Shown here in pieces: positions 26,036-38,700 of a stretch of 64,000 nt of DNA. Source of the stretch: the human T2T-CHM13v2.0 reference genome, Homo sapiens; NCBI RefSeq assembly GCF_009914755.1, contig NC_060927.1; one strand, given 5' to 3'. Numbering within the stretch: the stretch's first letter is position 1; each line of letters opens with the position of its first letter. Position numbers and translations under genes: made by a program. Under the pieces are notes generated by a model. The model was given only the letters and a program-made list of their open reading frames with translations, did not search any database and was not told the DNA's origin.

Positions 26036-26322
26036 CAGCATCACACCTGCAGGCAATTTTTGTTTGATTAGCCCATATTGTCCCAACATAAGAAGTTCAG
26101 ATGATTTATCGTAAATACTGGGATTTATGGTTTCTTTTGAAAAATGAGCCAGTTGACAAAAGTCAGTAGGAGGTGAGTAGTGTCTGCCCCTTCTAGAGAA
26201 GATAGATACTTCCCAGTTTGCCCCAGTCCCTACAACCCCTTATTTTTCTTGGCAACTGACATGTTTCAGTCATTTACAATTCTTCCCTGGCCTCTGCAGA
26301 CCTTTATGTGTGTGGTCACCAG
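26036..26322 (+). mobile_element. MER102-like hAT-Charlie element
   Basis: ggatttatggtttcttttgaaaaat...gagtagtgtctgccccttctaga...ccagtttgccccagtccctacaacccc. Confidence 0.7.
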
Positions 26323-26339
26323 AATAGCAACATCACCTA

Positions 26340-26922
26340 TGTGGTAGGCAGCTTCTAATACGACCCCTGATGATCCTCTCCTCCTAGTTTTCATGCCCTT
26401 CTGTATCCCCTCTCTCTCTGTGTGGGCTAGGCCTAGTGACTTTATTCTGGAAAAAACAACCACAGAATACAGCAAAAACGAAGTGATGTGCCTTCTGAGA
26501 TTGGGTTATAAAAGGTGGTGACTTCCATTTTGCTGGCACTCTTGGTCTTCCCTTCTCTAGCCTAGCTGGTTTTCATGAAACAAGCTGCAATGCTGCATAA
26601 ACACACAAAGTACGGACGAGAAGGCCACCTTTGGCCAACGGTCAGCAAAAACCTTGGGCCCTTGGTCCAACAAACTACAAGGAACTGAACCCTGCCAACA
26701 AGCACATGAGTGAGTAGATCCTTCTCCAGTTAAGCTTTGAGATGAGACCATAACTGTTGCTGTCATCTTGATTGCAGCCTGGTGAGAGACTCAGTCAGGT
26801 GGGGCTGGCTAGTGGGGACCCAGCCAAATTGTGCCCCAACTCCTGATCTGTAGAAACTGTGTCTTGTTTTAAGCTGCTGAAATTTAGAGTAATTTGTTAT
26901 GCAACAGTAGGTAAATAATATA
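26340..26922 (+). mobile_element. MLT1E-family MaLR solo LTR
   Basis: tgtggtaggcagcttctaa...aaggaactgaaccctgccaaca...ttgattgcagcctggtgagagac...gtaatttgttatgcaacagtag. Confidence 0.85.
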
Positions 26923-27508
26923 CCTTACTCCAGAGAAAGATGGTGCACTGACTAGAACATACAAAAAAAAAAAAAAAAACTTCCTTAGAATTATGTAAGT
27001 GAAGGCAGTAAATTTTTCTGTTCCAGTGAATATAGTTTTGGTCTAATAACTGATGTTGGAGGTACTCAGTAACTATGAAGTAAATTCAGGGTAACCAGTG
27101 GTGAGTTAGCTGTTATGAGAGACTGTTATACTGATAATGTTGCTAATAGGGTAATTATTATTTTTTATGCACTGTTTGGATTTATCTTTTAAAAATTCCC
27201 TTCATATGTGGTTCCAAATATTCTGATTATCTAAAGTATGTCTTACATACAAAAATGTTAGAAACTATTGATCAAGACAAGTTCCCAGAATACTAGACTC
27301 CTAATGGAGATGACTGGAAATGGCTTAGACATCTGTTGTGGGCTCTCTCAGCACACATCGAAAGGAAAAGAGTGGAGGTTGCAACTCTTTCATCTGTAAA
27401 ATAGGGTGAAATCTAAGTTATGAAAGAAGCAGAGCAGAGCTAAAACATTGTCTCAAAGATCTGGATGTCATTCCTTACTTTTAAACTATATGATAAATAC
27501 AGTTTACA

Positions 27509-27826
27509 GGCTGGGGATGGTAGTTCATGCCTGTAATCCCAGCACTTCGGGAGGCTAAGGCAGGAGGATCACTTGAGCTGGGGAGCTTGAGACCAGCCTG
27601 GGCAACATAGTGAGACCCCATCTCTACACAAAGCAAAAAACATTAGCTGGGTGTGGGTGGCACACGCTTGCAGTCTTAGCTACTGGTGAGGCTGAGGCAA
27701 GAAGATCACTTGATCCCAGGAGGTCAAGGCTGCAGTGAGTCATGATTAAACCACTGTACTCCAGCCTGGGTGACAGAGTGAGACCCTGTCTCAAACATAA
27801 ATGAATTCATAAACAGACAGACAGAC
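27509..27826 (+). mobile_element. AluJ (Jo-like) inserted in a MIR (~27420-27890)
   Basis: ggaggatcacttgagc...gcctgggcaacatagtgagacccc...caggaggtcaaggctgcagtgag; degenerate TSD aaactatatga / aaactgtgtaa. Confidence 0.92.
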
Positions 27827-27889
27827 AAACTGTGTAACCCTTAATGGATTTCTCAGTATTACATTACCAGGTGGAAAATTGGATACTAT

Positions 27890-28030
27890 TCATTTCTTTA
27901 TTCAGCAAGCTTTGTAAAAGCCCCAGTGTTGTACTGTGTATTGTGCTCAGTATGGAGATACAAATGAATGAGATGTATAGTGTGATGCATGGTGCCGTCA
28001 GCTTCTGGGGTGGTGACATTTACATACAAT
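27890..28030 (-). mobile_element. L2 3' fragment
   Basis: tattcagcaagc...tattgtgctcagtatggagatacaaatgaatgagat. Confidence 0.55.
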
Positions 28031-30569
28031 GCAGTAGTATTTCATTCAAAACTACTAACAGTTTAACATCCAAATATCAGAAATGGGAATTAGAAATTAT
28101 TGTACCAGGTTATTGCTTCAGTTGGTACTGTTGTTATTACTAATTTATCTGATCCTATAGAATACTGAATTTATCACATTAACATGAACAACATCCAACA
28201 CCCTTTTAAAGTACTTAATGCACAACACTCTTTTAAAGTACTTGTCAACATACACACATTTTAATGTGAGTTTTAACATAATGTCTTACAGCCCTTAAGT
28301 CATTTCTGTATATAAACCTTGCATTCTTGTAAACCCTACGTAAAACATATTGCTTTATGCACTATACACATTTATTAGCAATTTCAGCCAATTTAGTTTA
28401 TTATTTAGTGATAATGTCATGTTTTATGGATGCTGTTTATATTTTATGCATATGGTGGTGATAAGAATAGGTTGGATTGCATTGAAAATATAATAAAAAG
28501 AAATATAATTTGTGTCTAGGTTCCAGAGGTTCATAGATAAAATGTTGAAACAAATCATCAAAGTCATGTATCTTTATTTCAGTTGGTTCAACCAACCCTC
28601 CCAAATAATTATCCTATCAGAAAATTCTTGCACTACTCAATACATTTGACCTGAGCAGTATGTGTGTAGTTTTATCATCAATCAATAGTATACCTGCCCC
28701 ATTGCTTTGGGTGAAATGGTGGTTTGAGAGGGCTTTAATTCTTCAAAAGATCCATTGACTAGTTTTGCCCAAGTTCACCTTTTAAAGTTATCCCAGGACC
28801 ACTTATTGTGCATCAAGTATGAGAAGTGGAGCAAAGGTTAATGATTCTTAATTGGACTTCATTAAGTGATAATATAAGATCTCGAGCTCCTCATTATGCC
28901 CCATGATTGGACAGCAATGTCATAACATCAGGAAATAAGGAACCAGAAGTCATGCATTGTCATACATTGGAACACTCTAGCAACTTATTATGTTTCAGAT
29001 ACATTGTCTTTAGTGAGGTATAAAAGTGAGGTGCATATTAATAGCTTGATGAAGTTCCCATTTTAAGACAAAGTATATTTTTGATGCAATAAAGACTTTG
29101 ATTGGAACTATTATGATCAGAAGACTGTTGGATCCTGTATATCTTTTCTTATTATTTATTAGCTGCCCTCAACAGTGAGAAGGTTATTGGATCATTTCAC
29201 AGCTTATGCAGTCTAATTGAAACACAGAATTTTGTTCATGCATCACTTTTGAATTTAGGGACTGTTCATTCTTTCATTACCTGTGTGGTGATTTCCAACC
29301 CACTTTGGTAATACAAGGGATTGTGATAGCATATTTGCTCCTAAGCACATTCTATTTAGATCAGAGTCAGTTCTATAGTTCTCATTTTGCTCTGAGAATG
29401 GGAATTGATGCATACAAAACAGCAGTAACTGTAGTTAACATGTCAGGGAAAATGAATGCACAGATGTGTACTATATAATGCCATGTGCTTCAGAGATAAC
29501 CACAGTGAGGGATGTAAGCTAACCTTGCTCTTCTGTAATGCAAAGCTAATATATTCAAAAAGATATTCCCCTTCATTACGATTTAATGTAATTGTTCCTA
29601 ATCTGTAACCTGAACAAAAAACTCAAATGTCTTATCCAAACACTAACATTAAGCTGCTTTTCTCCAGGATAGCGATATGACACTTTACATTCATATGCCT
29701 CAGAGAGGAACTGGACATCAAAAAGTGTCATACATGCTGTATTCTCCCTGAAATTTTCTGCGAATTTCCGTGAATAAGGAATCAAATGATTAGGTTGACA
29801 CTAACATTTATGATAATTCAGATGATTGACAGAGGATGGATACGGTAATGAAATAGATCACCTCCACAAGTTACATGACAGCGATTTCAAAGCATTCTAA
29901 GTCCTACCTGAAAGCAAATATCAGGTTTGATAAACCTTGCAGGGCTGGAGGCTTAGAAAATTATTAGAGTCTGTATTTGGAAACACTGTGGCTAGAAGGT
30001 ATACCAACATATTTTCTACATTTATGATGATAAGCACTGTGTGCATGTGTGTGTGTGAAAGCAAAAGAAAGAGAGCTGATTTTTATTCTCTATAAGGATA
30101 AAAATTATTATTTTTTGCCCCTGAAAACAGTCTGAAATGCTACATAGGTAATTTTTGGCATGTCTCTTCTATCCCTAAAGCAGGACTATTGATTAGCTCC
30201 AATATATACTGGGAACACGAAAGCTCCCATTTGCTAACAAAAACAGGTGTTGAACGAATATTAGGTTTGATTAAATGAGCAAAGGTTAACTACTCACTCA
30301 TGTGAAATTGCTCTAGAGAAAGAAAGATATCAGGCCCAAAGAATGTTGACTGCCATATGTATAGATTTAATATTTTTCATAGTGGCCTGTGGACCACCAT
30401 TTTACTTGTTAAAAATGTTCACTCTTCAACCCAATGTGATGAAGCAGATTCCTATGGGCTGAGACATGGGAAAGTGTGTTCTGCAAAAACACCCGGGATG
30501 TTTTTCTACATCCTTCACTTGAACAATCACTGGTATACATTCAATTTCTCATTTGAAATGCTGTTTTTC

Positions 30570-31000
30570 TTCATTCAATTTAAACCAATAAATATTTAAC
30601 CCTGCTATATGTCAGGGACTCTGCCAAGACAATTGTCTAAAAGCCTCTGTTCTCATGACACTCCTAGGCTATCAGAGAAGACAGACATCTGAGCAAGCAC
30701 TAAGTGGAGATGTGTAGCCAGAGGAACCAGTCCGCATGGGAGACAGCAAGAAGGGTATTCCTGAGGAAGTGACATTTAAAGGGACCCTGGAAGGATGAGT
30801 AGGAGCCAGTAAAGTGAGGGTAAGAAGGGAAAGAGAAGGGAAAGGACGTTTCCAAATAGAACAAATCACATTTGGGGAGCCAACATCAATAAAGAAGAAT
30901 GGACTTGAAATACAGAAGCCTTAATGGCAGGTAAAGAGAGTAGAAGTTTGTGGTATGTAAGGAGGTAGAAGGGACTGGAACCTCAAGGATGGTATAAGGC
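30570..31000 (-). mobile_element. L2 3' portion
   Basis: ttcattcaa...ctatatgtcaggg; ttcctgaggaagtgacatttaaagggaccctggaaggatgagtaggag. Confidence 0.75.
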
Positions 31001-31800
31001 TGTGTTTTCCAGTCTTTGGTATTTTCATAACATTTTCATGGTTTGCTCCACCAGAGTACAGCTTGTACTGTTATTTCCTTAATTTGTTGCATTAAATCTA
31101 TTCACTTCTTGTCTTAAATGAATTTATTTTAAAATAAAACTTTGTATCGCTATGTAAATGCAACCACAGTATCATCTAACCTTAGTAGAAAGACACCTTT
31201 AAAATGAACTATTACAGGTGCAGTGGCTCACACCTGTAATCCCAGCACTTTGGGAGGCCAAGCCAGATAGCTCACTTGAGCTCAGGAGTTCCAGACCAGC
31301 CTGGGCAACATAAAGAAACTTCATCTCTACAGAAAAAATACAAAAACTAGCCAGGTGTGGTGGCGCCTGCCTTTAGTCCCAGCTACTCAGGAGGCTGAGA
31401 TGGGAGGATCCCTTGAACCCAGGAAGTCAAGGCTACAGTGAACCATGATTGCACTTCAACCTGGGTAACAGTGAGAACCTGTCTCAAATAAAATAAATAA
31501 ATAAATAAATAAATAGGAAACAAAATGAATTTGATAAATCCTAACTCAATGTTGATTTCATTAGAAGATGCTGAGCATGAAGCCTGCTCCTTGTCAAAAA
31601 GGGAGGTGAGCAGTGTTAGGAGGTAAAGTCCTCCACCCTACTAGCAACATGAGGCTTTCTCCTTGGAAAGAAAGCTGGAAAAACAACTTTCTCATTGTGC
31701 AACTCAGAGATGTTTATTGCCTTAGCTCCCCCTTTGGTGTGCTAGCGAATATCATCTTGAGGGTCTTTTATAATACATTTCTACTCTTTGGGAATAATTG
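31000..31800 (+). mobile_element. MER113-like hAT-Charlie element split by AluJ
   Basis: ttgtactgttatttccttaat...aatttattttaaaataaaacttt; gcctgctccttgtcaaaaagggag...gaggctttctccttg...aactttctcattgtg. Confidence 0.7.
31215..31515 (+). mobile_element. AluJ (Jb-like) with (TAAA)n tail
   Basis: cacttgagctcaggagttccagaccagcctgggcaaca...gggaggatcccttgaacccagg. Confidence 0.92.
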
Positions 31801-32809
31801 TTATTAATCATGAGGATTTTGAGTTTTGCTGCCAGGGCAATTACAAACCAGTGGATAACTTCTAAACAGGTCCTGGTGTGCTTCCCTAACCCTTTCCGCA
31901 GAAGTACCCAGAACAGCCTGAAACCAGAGCAGTAAGTTGAAAATGCCTCCGAGTTCCCAAGGTCTCTTTTAAGCATTCCAATGTGATGTTGTACTCCAAA
32001 GCATAACACAACCCCTCTCTCATTGTAATAATAGATCATTGAATGAAACCTATGTTTTACTAAGACGTGAGAACTGAAGTTAGACTTTTGTTTTTTTCCC
32101 TTTTCTTTCACCATTGTATGCCTCATCTCTTGTACTGGGACAGACACGTTGTAGTTGTATGATTAATATATGAGAAGAATGTTTATCCCATCCCCACCTG
32201 GAGATAAGATTATTGTTGATTCTTCTGTAGGTATCTCTACCTGTCTACTTACCGTCCTTTATCCAGGGACCCAACCTGCCTGGGCTTTCCTTCCTCCCCA
32301 ACTCCCTCTCATTAATTCATTCATCGAACATTGGTGTGTGCCTGGCTCTTTAGTAAGTGCTCAGGATGCATTGAATTGCTCCAGGCTGCTGAGGAAGCTC
32401 AAGCTTTTGGGATGGCCTTTAATTTCTCACCTTGCTAGGAGATGTCCCTTCAAAACATACCATGGGCCTAGCCCACATATGATTCTTCTGAAAATCATCT
32501 GTCCTTCTTATCTCTGTGGGTAATTAGCAGTTTCTTGAGAATGTGTGAAGTTTGTGGGAAAAAAAAAAGCCAGTTTGCTTTTCTTAGATATCCATCCCAT
32601 CTTTAAGTTTATATTCCTAGTTTCAAGCTGAACTTTCAGGAAATTAGGAGTACCTTGTCAATAATGAAACCTTGAATTCTGAGTAAATTCATTTTACCTG
32701 TTATTATTTGGTGTGGATTAAAAAATAAAACATGAATATTGTCTTTTACGTGTGTCCTCCATGCAAAATTTGACATCACCTTCTGTTTATAAGCAGCCTC
32801 TCATTATCT

Positions 32810-33795
32810 TTTTGTGTTTAGGGGAGTATAGCATATAAAAAAAGAATTGTACAAATATAATGTATTACTTAATGGATTATCACAAAGTGAACATAAAAAA
32901 ATAGAGAAATAAAACATTGTCAGACTTAGATGGCTTTCTCATGCCCCTTCTAATCACCTTCAACCCTGGCCAAAGGTATGATTCTATTTAACTCTAGAGA
33001 TTAGCTTTGTCTATTTTTGAACTTTCTATGGTGGGCTGATACACTCATTGTGGCTTCACTTGTTCAACAGCAGGTTTGTGAAATTGATTATCTTGGGTGA
33101 TATAGCTCATCTTTGCACAGTATGATTACAGGACAAATTTTAGAAATCCTCTGTAATACTGGTTTTCAATTTGGGGCTATTACAAGTAACAATGCCATGA
33201 ACTTTCTTATATGTGTTTTGGGAGCATGTGTCATGCATTTCTCTTAAGCACATACCTGGGAGTGGGATTTTGGATCATCATATGCAAAGCAGTGTTTAGT
33301 TTTAGTAGAAAATGCCAAGCAGTTTTCTAACACATTACACAGCTTATACTTATCCCAGAAGCAATGTATGATCATCTTTTTGGTCTTAAATTCTTGCCAG
33401 TGCTTGGTTCTGTCAGTCCTTTTAATTTTGGCCATTTTAGTGAGTATTATGGTAGCATTGCGGCTTTAATTTGCATTTTGTTAATTACTAATGAAGTTGA
33501 GCAATTGTTTGCATGATTATTTGCCATTGGGATATTCTGTTTAATAAAGTTTCTGTTTACATTTCTTGCCTATTTTTCTATTGGGTTGTCTAGCTTTGTC
33601 TTATAGATTTGTAGAAGTTATTTTATATTCTGAATATAAGACCTTGTTATCTCTGTTCCATATTCTATTCTGTGGATTGCCTATTCATATTCTTGAGGAT
33701 GTTTATTTCCTTCCTTGCTTTTGAAATGAATAGAAGTTTTAATTTTAATGTAATTAAATTTCTAAGTGCTATTTGCATTTTGTTTAGGAAATTCT
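32810..33795 (-). mobile_element. L1ME-type 3' fragment (ORF2 end + 3' UTR)
   Basis: tttggggctattaca...catacctgggagtggga...ttaatttgcattt...aatgaagttgagca; ORF 33244-33435 MAKIKRTDRTKHWQ resembles L1 ORF2p C-terminus. Confidence 0.85.
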
Positions 33796-34050
33796 AAATT
33801 AGAGAACACTAAATTCCATACTGCGTAACTTTTTTGGACATTGATAGGAATAAGTTTGCAAGGTTGATTCCACCACATCACTTGCTAAGTTTGCTATTTT
33901 AAATAGTCATTTGGCTTTAATACAGAATTTTAAAATGGATGATTTTCTCTTTGCATCTATTCTGCATGTCTTAAAGGTTTTTTTCTATTTCTTAGCTATC
34001 TTTCTAAATGTTTTGCTGTACAGACATTTGAAAGTAGTATCTCTCTAAAT

Positions 34051-34089
34051 TATATATATATGTATATAATGTATGTGTATATATATTTT

Positions 34090-34124
<35 letters not shown>
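34051..34124. repeat. Compound (TA)n-(AG)12 microsatellite
   Basis: Direct read. Confidence 0.95.
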
Positions 34125-34689
34125 TACCATCAGAAACTAGCATCTAATTTTATTTTTATGTATTTATAACAATTTGAAACTAATATCTCTTATATCTATG
34201 TTATGTTTACAGAACCAGCCTTGGCTTTTGCAGTTCAGTCTTTGTGTTTCCATTAGGCCATTAAGTGTCTTAGAGAGAGAGGAAAATTGTTTTTTTAAAC
34301 TCTGAATTCCATGCTATTTTGCACTAAGGTCAGAACCATGGTAGGGAACAATGACTTTTGATGCTGACCAACATTTTATGTGATGCTTCTTTTGATTAAT
34401 TTTTATCATCCAGAATAGTGGGGTTTTTTTGTTGTTTTTTTGTTCGTTTGTTTGTTTGTTTTGGAGCTTTCTGTTTCCTTCATGGATACAAGGCCAGGTG
34501 TGCACTTTGAATGGGGACGACTTGTGACCATGCTTGTGTCTTCATAGGTCCAGACTGGTCAGCAGTTTTAGATGGTCAGACTTTCCAATTGGTGGTACAC
34601 TAACGATTATGTTCTCAGGGACTGATTTGCACCAAATAAAATCCTTGGAGTGTGACCCAAAATTTTGGAAGGTAAAATCATAGAGTGGA

Positions 34690-34780
34690 AGTTCTGTGAA
34701 GGTGAGGACTAATGTTGTTCATCATCGTATTCCCATGGCTGGGCACATGGTAGATGCTCAGTAGGTGCTGGCTTATTGAA
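34690..34780 (+). mobile_element. L2 3' end
   Basis: tgttcatcatcgtattccc...gggcacatggtagatgctcagtag. Confidence 0.65.
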
Positions 34781-35199
34781 AGAGAGGAAGACTGATATAT
34801 TAAGTGCAATAACCAGCACTTTCCATTTCATCCTTGGCTGTTTCCATTCAGTAGACTCACCTACATGCCTCTGTTTTATAGTACAAGAAATCTAGCCCTA
34901 GAAAGCAACTTTTGTTAAATGTTGCTTCAGACTGATCTTTACTACCATTCAACCCTGTCCTTGTCCTTATTTCCATTTTTAAAATTTTTGGCTCTGTACA
35001 CCCTGCTTAAATGTCAGCTCTGGGGTTGGCAAGCCATTTTAGCTACCTTTTGTGCACATATCAAATATGCCTGCCCTCTCAGAGCTCTGCCCATCATCTT
35101 GATTTCATGGCCTCATTGAGACCTTCCCACTTCCAGCTCTGGGCCTTTAGAAGTTCACACCCTGGGCCAATGACTGGTACTCAGTCAAGAAAGGGAGCA

Positions 35200-35430
35200 A
35201 GGTGAGAAGTATAGTGGGTAAGTTCTCAGTTCAGATAAAAATGGCCTGAATCAAAGCTTGTCTATTTAATTTGAACTATTTAAAGTCTCTGAGCCTCAGT
35301 TTCTTCATTTCTAAAATGAGGATAGTAATTATACCTTCCTCATAGGCTGCTTCAAATATAAAATAAGATCATGCAGGAGAAGGGTCTGGCATTATGCCTG
35401 GCACAAAAGAAGCTGCTGTTAATATTGCTG
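35200..35430 (+). mobile_element. MIR SINE
   Basis: ctctgagcctcagtttcttcatttctaaaatgaggatagtaattataccttcctcatagg. Confidence 0.85.
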
Positions 35431-36084
35431 TTGTCACTGCTGCAATTCTTATTGTCACCATTGATATTATTAGTCATCAACATGGGGGAATTTCTCCTAG
35501 TGTGTTAGTGAACTTTGAAGACCCAGTTACAGAGATTGCTTGGTGAGGATAAATTAGAACAAAGGAAGCTGGCAAGCCTCATAGATATTTATATCAAGCT
35601 ACTGTGGTTGAATGAATTGTCTTTCTTCACTTGAGGGAAATTCTGTCAAAAGAACTGCTATCAGTCATGTGAAATCAGCCTGATCTCTTTCTTGAGTGGT
35701 ATCAGAAAGAGATACTAACGAATTCTAACATTTTGTCATTCTTTTTTTCCTTCAGGATTCATTGTCAGTCACCAAAACTTCTTTTATGTCTACATTACCC
35801 TGTAGTGAAAGAGATGATGAATTAGGTCACAGCTTATCTTGCTTCCACTCATTACAGCCTAGCAGTCTTTCTGATGCTGGGAGCCTGGCTATACTTCTGG
35901 ATAAGTTTAAGATGATAGCAACATGTCACTGGGAACACATTTTTAAGTGTTTCTTGAAAATGGTTCCACACACCCATCTGAACTTGACTTTCATTGTTCA
36001 TTTTATTTGTTTTCTGAATACAAAATATTGAAGTAGGAAAAGTACCCTTTTAGAGTCCATCACCTCATTGCTCTGTTTCTGACA

Positions 36085-36250
36085 ATGTGCTTTTAAGACC
36101 ATTAACCTCAGGGTCATTTGGAATCTGGGTAAAATGTAAATCCCAGGCAGTTCCTCAGTCTTCCTGTTTTTGCTCTGTGTCAGTGGGAACACTTGTGTTT
36201 TCAGCAGGTGCCCATGGGATTCTGCTGCACATTAAATTTGAGATCCATAG
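36085..36250 (+). mobile_element. MER5A-like MITE
   Basis: aaaatgtaaatcccaggc...gtgttttcagcagg...gggattctgctgcacattaaatttgaga. Confidence 0.55.
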
Positions 36251-37689
36251 CCTTAGTTTCTTATGGCGGTAAATAAAGGTATGTGTTTTGGGAGGAGTTT
36301 GTGAGAACAGAATAGGAAATACACCATGTGGGCTGTTAAGTTTTTTTTCTTAAAATATCTTTATGAACCATGGAAAGATAAATTTTTCATTTATTCCTAA
36401 TTAACTATATATCTTGAGCTTGTCCAAGCAAAGTAATGTGAACTTCCAATGAGACTAGAGTATGAATTAAATAAAAAAGTATCCATCCTGAGGCACAATT
36501 TTAACAAATACCTCTCACCCCACATTGATTTCCTAGTCATTTTGGATACTGCCTACATTGTACTACTTATGTTTTAAAAACCTTAAGACTCATCTGCATA
36601 GCTTGTGAAATTCAGATATTTGGATTCGGCTGGTCTTGGGTGGGGACTTAAAATAAACCCTACATGAAATCCCCATGTGAAGAGATGGGAGAGGTGAATG
36701 CTGTTTTATGATGAGTCTATTGTGTGTCTATCTTGTTTTTGTTTTGTTCTGTCTTTCCATTTTTAAATTCTGTGGTAAACACATTATAATATATATTTTT
36801 TCTTTGTGGTACTTTTTCTTCTGATATTCCTCATATGGAATCCTCAACAACAAGGCAAAAAGTTGAGTGTGTGCTCAGAGTAGTACATATTAATTTAGAG
36901 CTTAAAGACATTTCCTGCAGGACATGTAGGACTATTCAGCATGGCGGTATTTATTAAGCCGGTTCAAGCAATGGAAAAACGTAACTATGGTCAGAGTGAA
37001 GCTAATTATCTTCATAGGTAAACTGAAGCTGAAGCTTGTGGCACACTAACGATGCTAAGCTAAAAGTGTATCCAATTATTTTTGTCTTTCTTAATGTCTC
37101 TATTGGTTTGGCTTTAGTACATACCTGTAGGATTGATGAATTGAAATATTTGAGGAAATGCTTATGGATAGGTCAAATTGGACTGTGTTCATCAGCTCAT
37201 CCTAACTCTATAGTTGCCACAAACTTTTTATCACAGCAAAGAGAGTAGAATCAAAGAAAGGGAGAGAAGACTTTTTTAAAAAAGGGCCACTGCTCATCTT
37301 AAGGTTACAACATATTAGGTAAACTTGGTTTCATATAGATTTTGTACAAATACAAGCCCATAAGCCACATGATAATGGGCACCTGATTTTCACTGTGGGT
37401 AATTCTGGAGGCCTGATTGATATAGTTATTATCTAAGACGTGATTTGGTGGTGTTTTCGTAAACTCTTCAATGTCACTCAATCACTTCAACGTCATTCAA
37501 TCAATGTTGAATAAATTATTCACTTTCTTTGCTTCAACCATTCTTAGGTGAGTTCTAAGTATAGGATCTCTTTCTATATTCTTGGTTTATCTGCTTTTGC
37601 TTTGGTTTCCCTTTCCTTTCTAAAGTCCCGCCTACATATATCATCAGCTTTAGTTCCTAAGTGCTTCTTGTCTTTTCAGCTATAAGAGC

Positions 37690-37810
37690 ACTATTCGCTC
37701 TAGTCCAACAACTATTTACTGAGTAACTACTAGGTACCAGATCCAGGTGCTGTAAGGGACCGAGTGATACAGCTTTTGCTCTCATGGAGATTATGACAAT
37801 TAAAACTAAA
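37690..37810 (-). mobile_element. L2 3' fragment
   Basis: caacaactatttactgagtaactactaggtaccag...tgctctcatggag. Confidence 0.65.
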
Positions 37811-38329
37811 CAGGAGTGATTAAAATTATGATAAATGAGGTCTTTTCCCCTCTCTTGCCCTGTAATTCTCTCCAAAATGATGCATTTGGCAAAAGGTTGA
37901 AGACTAGGTCACTCCAAGATAAAGTTCTACCTCCTTCACCACCTGGCCTCCATGTCTCCATTATGTGGTCATGGCATCTGCCAGTGTGTTACGAATGAAA
38001 ACAGATGAGAAACTGAATGTGTCTGATGGGAATACCGCAAGTTGCTCATTGAGCACCATTATGATGTGCCTTCATCATCCCATTGAATGGAATCTGAATT
38101 TGACAGGAGCATCTCTAGAGAGCTGTATAGTTCACAAACAAAACCTAAAAAGTTAAGAGAAATGGAATGCAGTTTTTCTTGTGCTATCCTTATTTTATAT
38201 ATCAATATCCTTTCTGTTGAATAATAATCATTTATCCATCGATCTTGAAATAGTTCACATCCTGCAATTTCTTTATGTTAAATCATTAGTATAAAAATAA
38301 AATAAAATTTTAATCAATGATTTAGTAGG

Positions 38330-38700
38330 GAAATAAAAGGGACACTCCAAGCATATAGCAAGGGGTGTTATCTAGTCTAAGGAAGTAAAAGAAGTAGGCT
38401 TGGAGGGTGTGATGGATCAGCTGAGACCTGAAACTTGACTAGGAATTTACTCAGGAATGGAAGAGGCTATAATATAGTTCAGAATAGGGAACAGAGTGTG
38501 GAAATGTGTCCATAGAGGCACAGGAGGGCTGAGAAGGAAAACATACAAAGCAAAGTTGAGGTTGTCTCTATTTGAGCCCAATGGTGGGCATGGACAGATA
38601 TGGTAGTCTCCTTAAACCTTAATAAGATGCTGAGCTCCATCCTAAGACGATGAAAAAAATCACTGAAGTGTTTTAAGTATGAGGAATTAGTCACAGTACC
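38330..38700 (-). mobile_element. L2 fragment
   Basis: agctgagacctgaaac...aaatcactgaagtgttttaag. Confidence 0.55.

Noticed and set aside
26963-26979. A17 tract as the tail of a processed pseudogene
   Set aside because: No upstream mRNA-like body, poly(A) signal or TSD
28196-28243. Short direct duplications (also 13227-13260, 45561-45600, ~48120-48166)
   Set aside because: Two-copy slippage-type duplications are common; no sign of function
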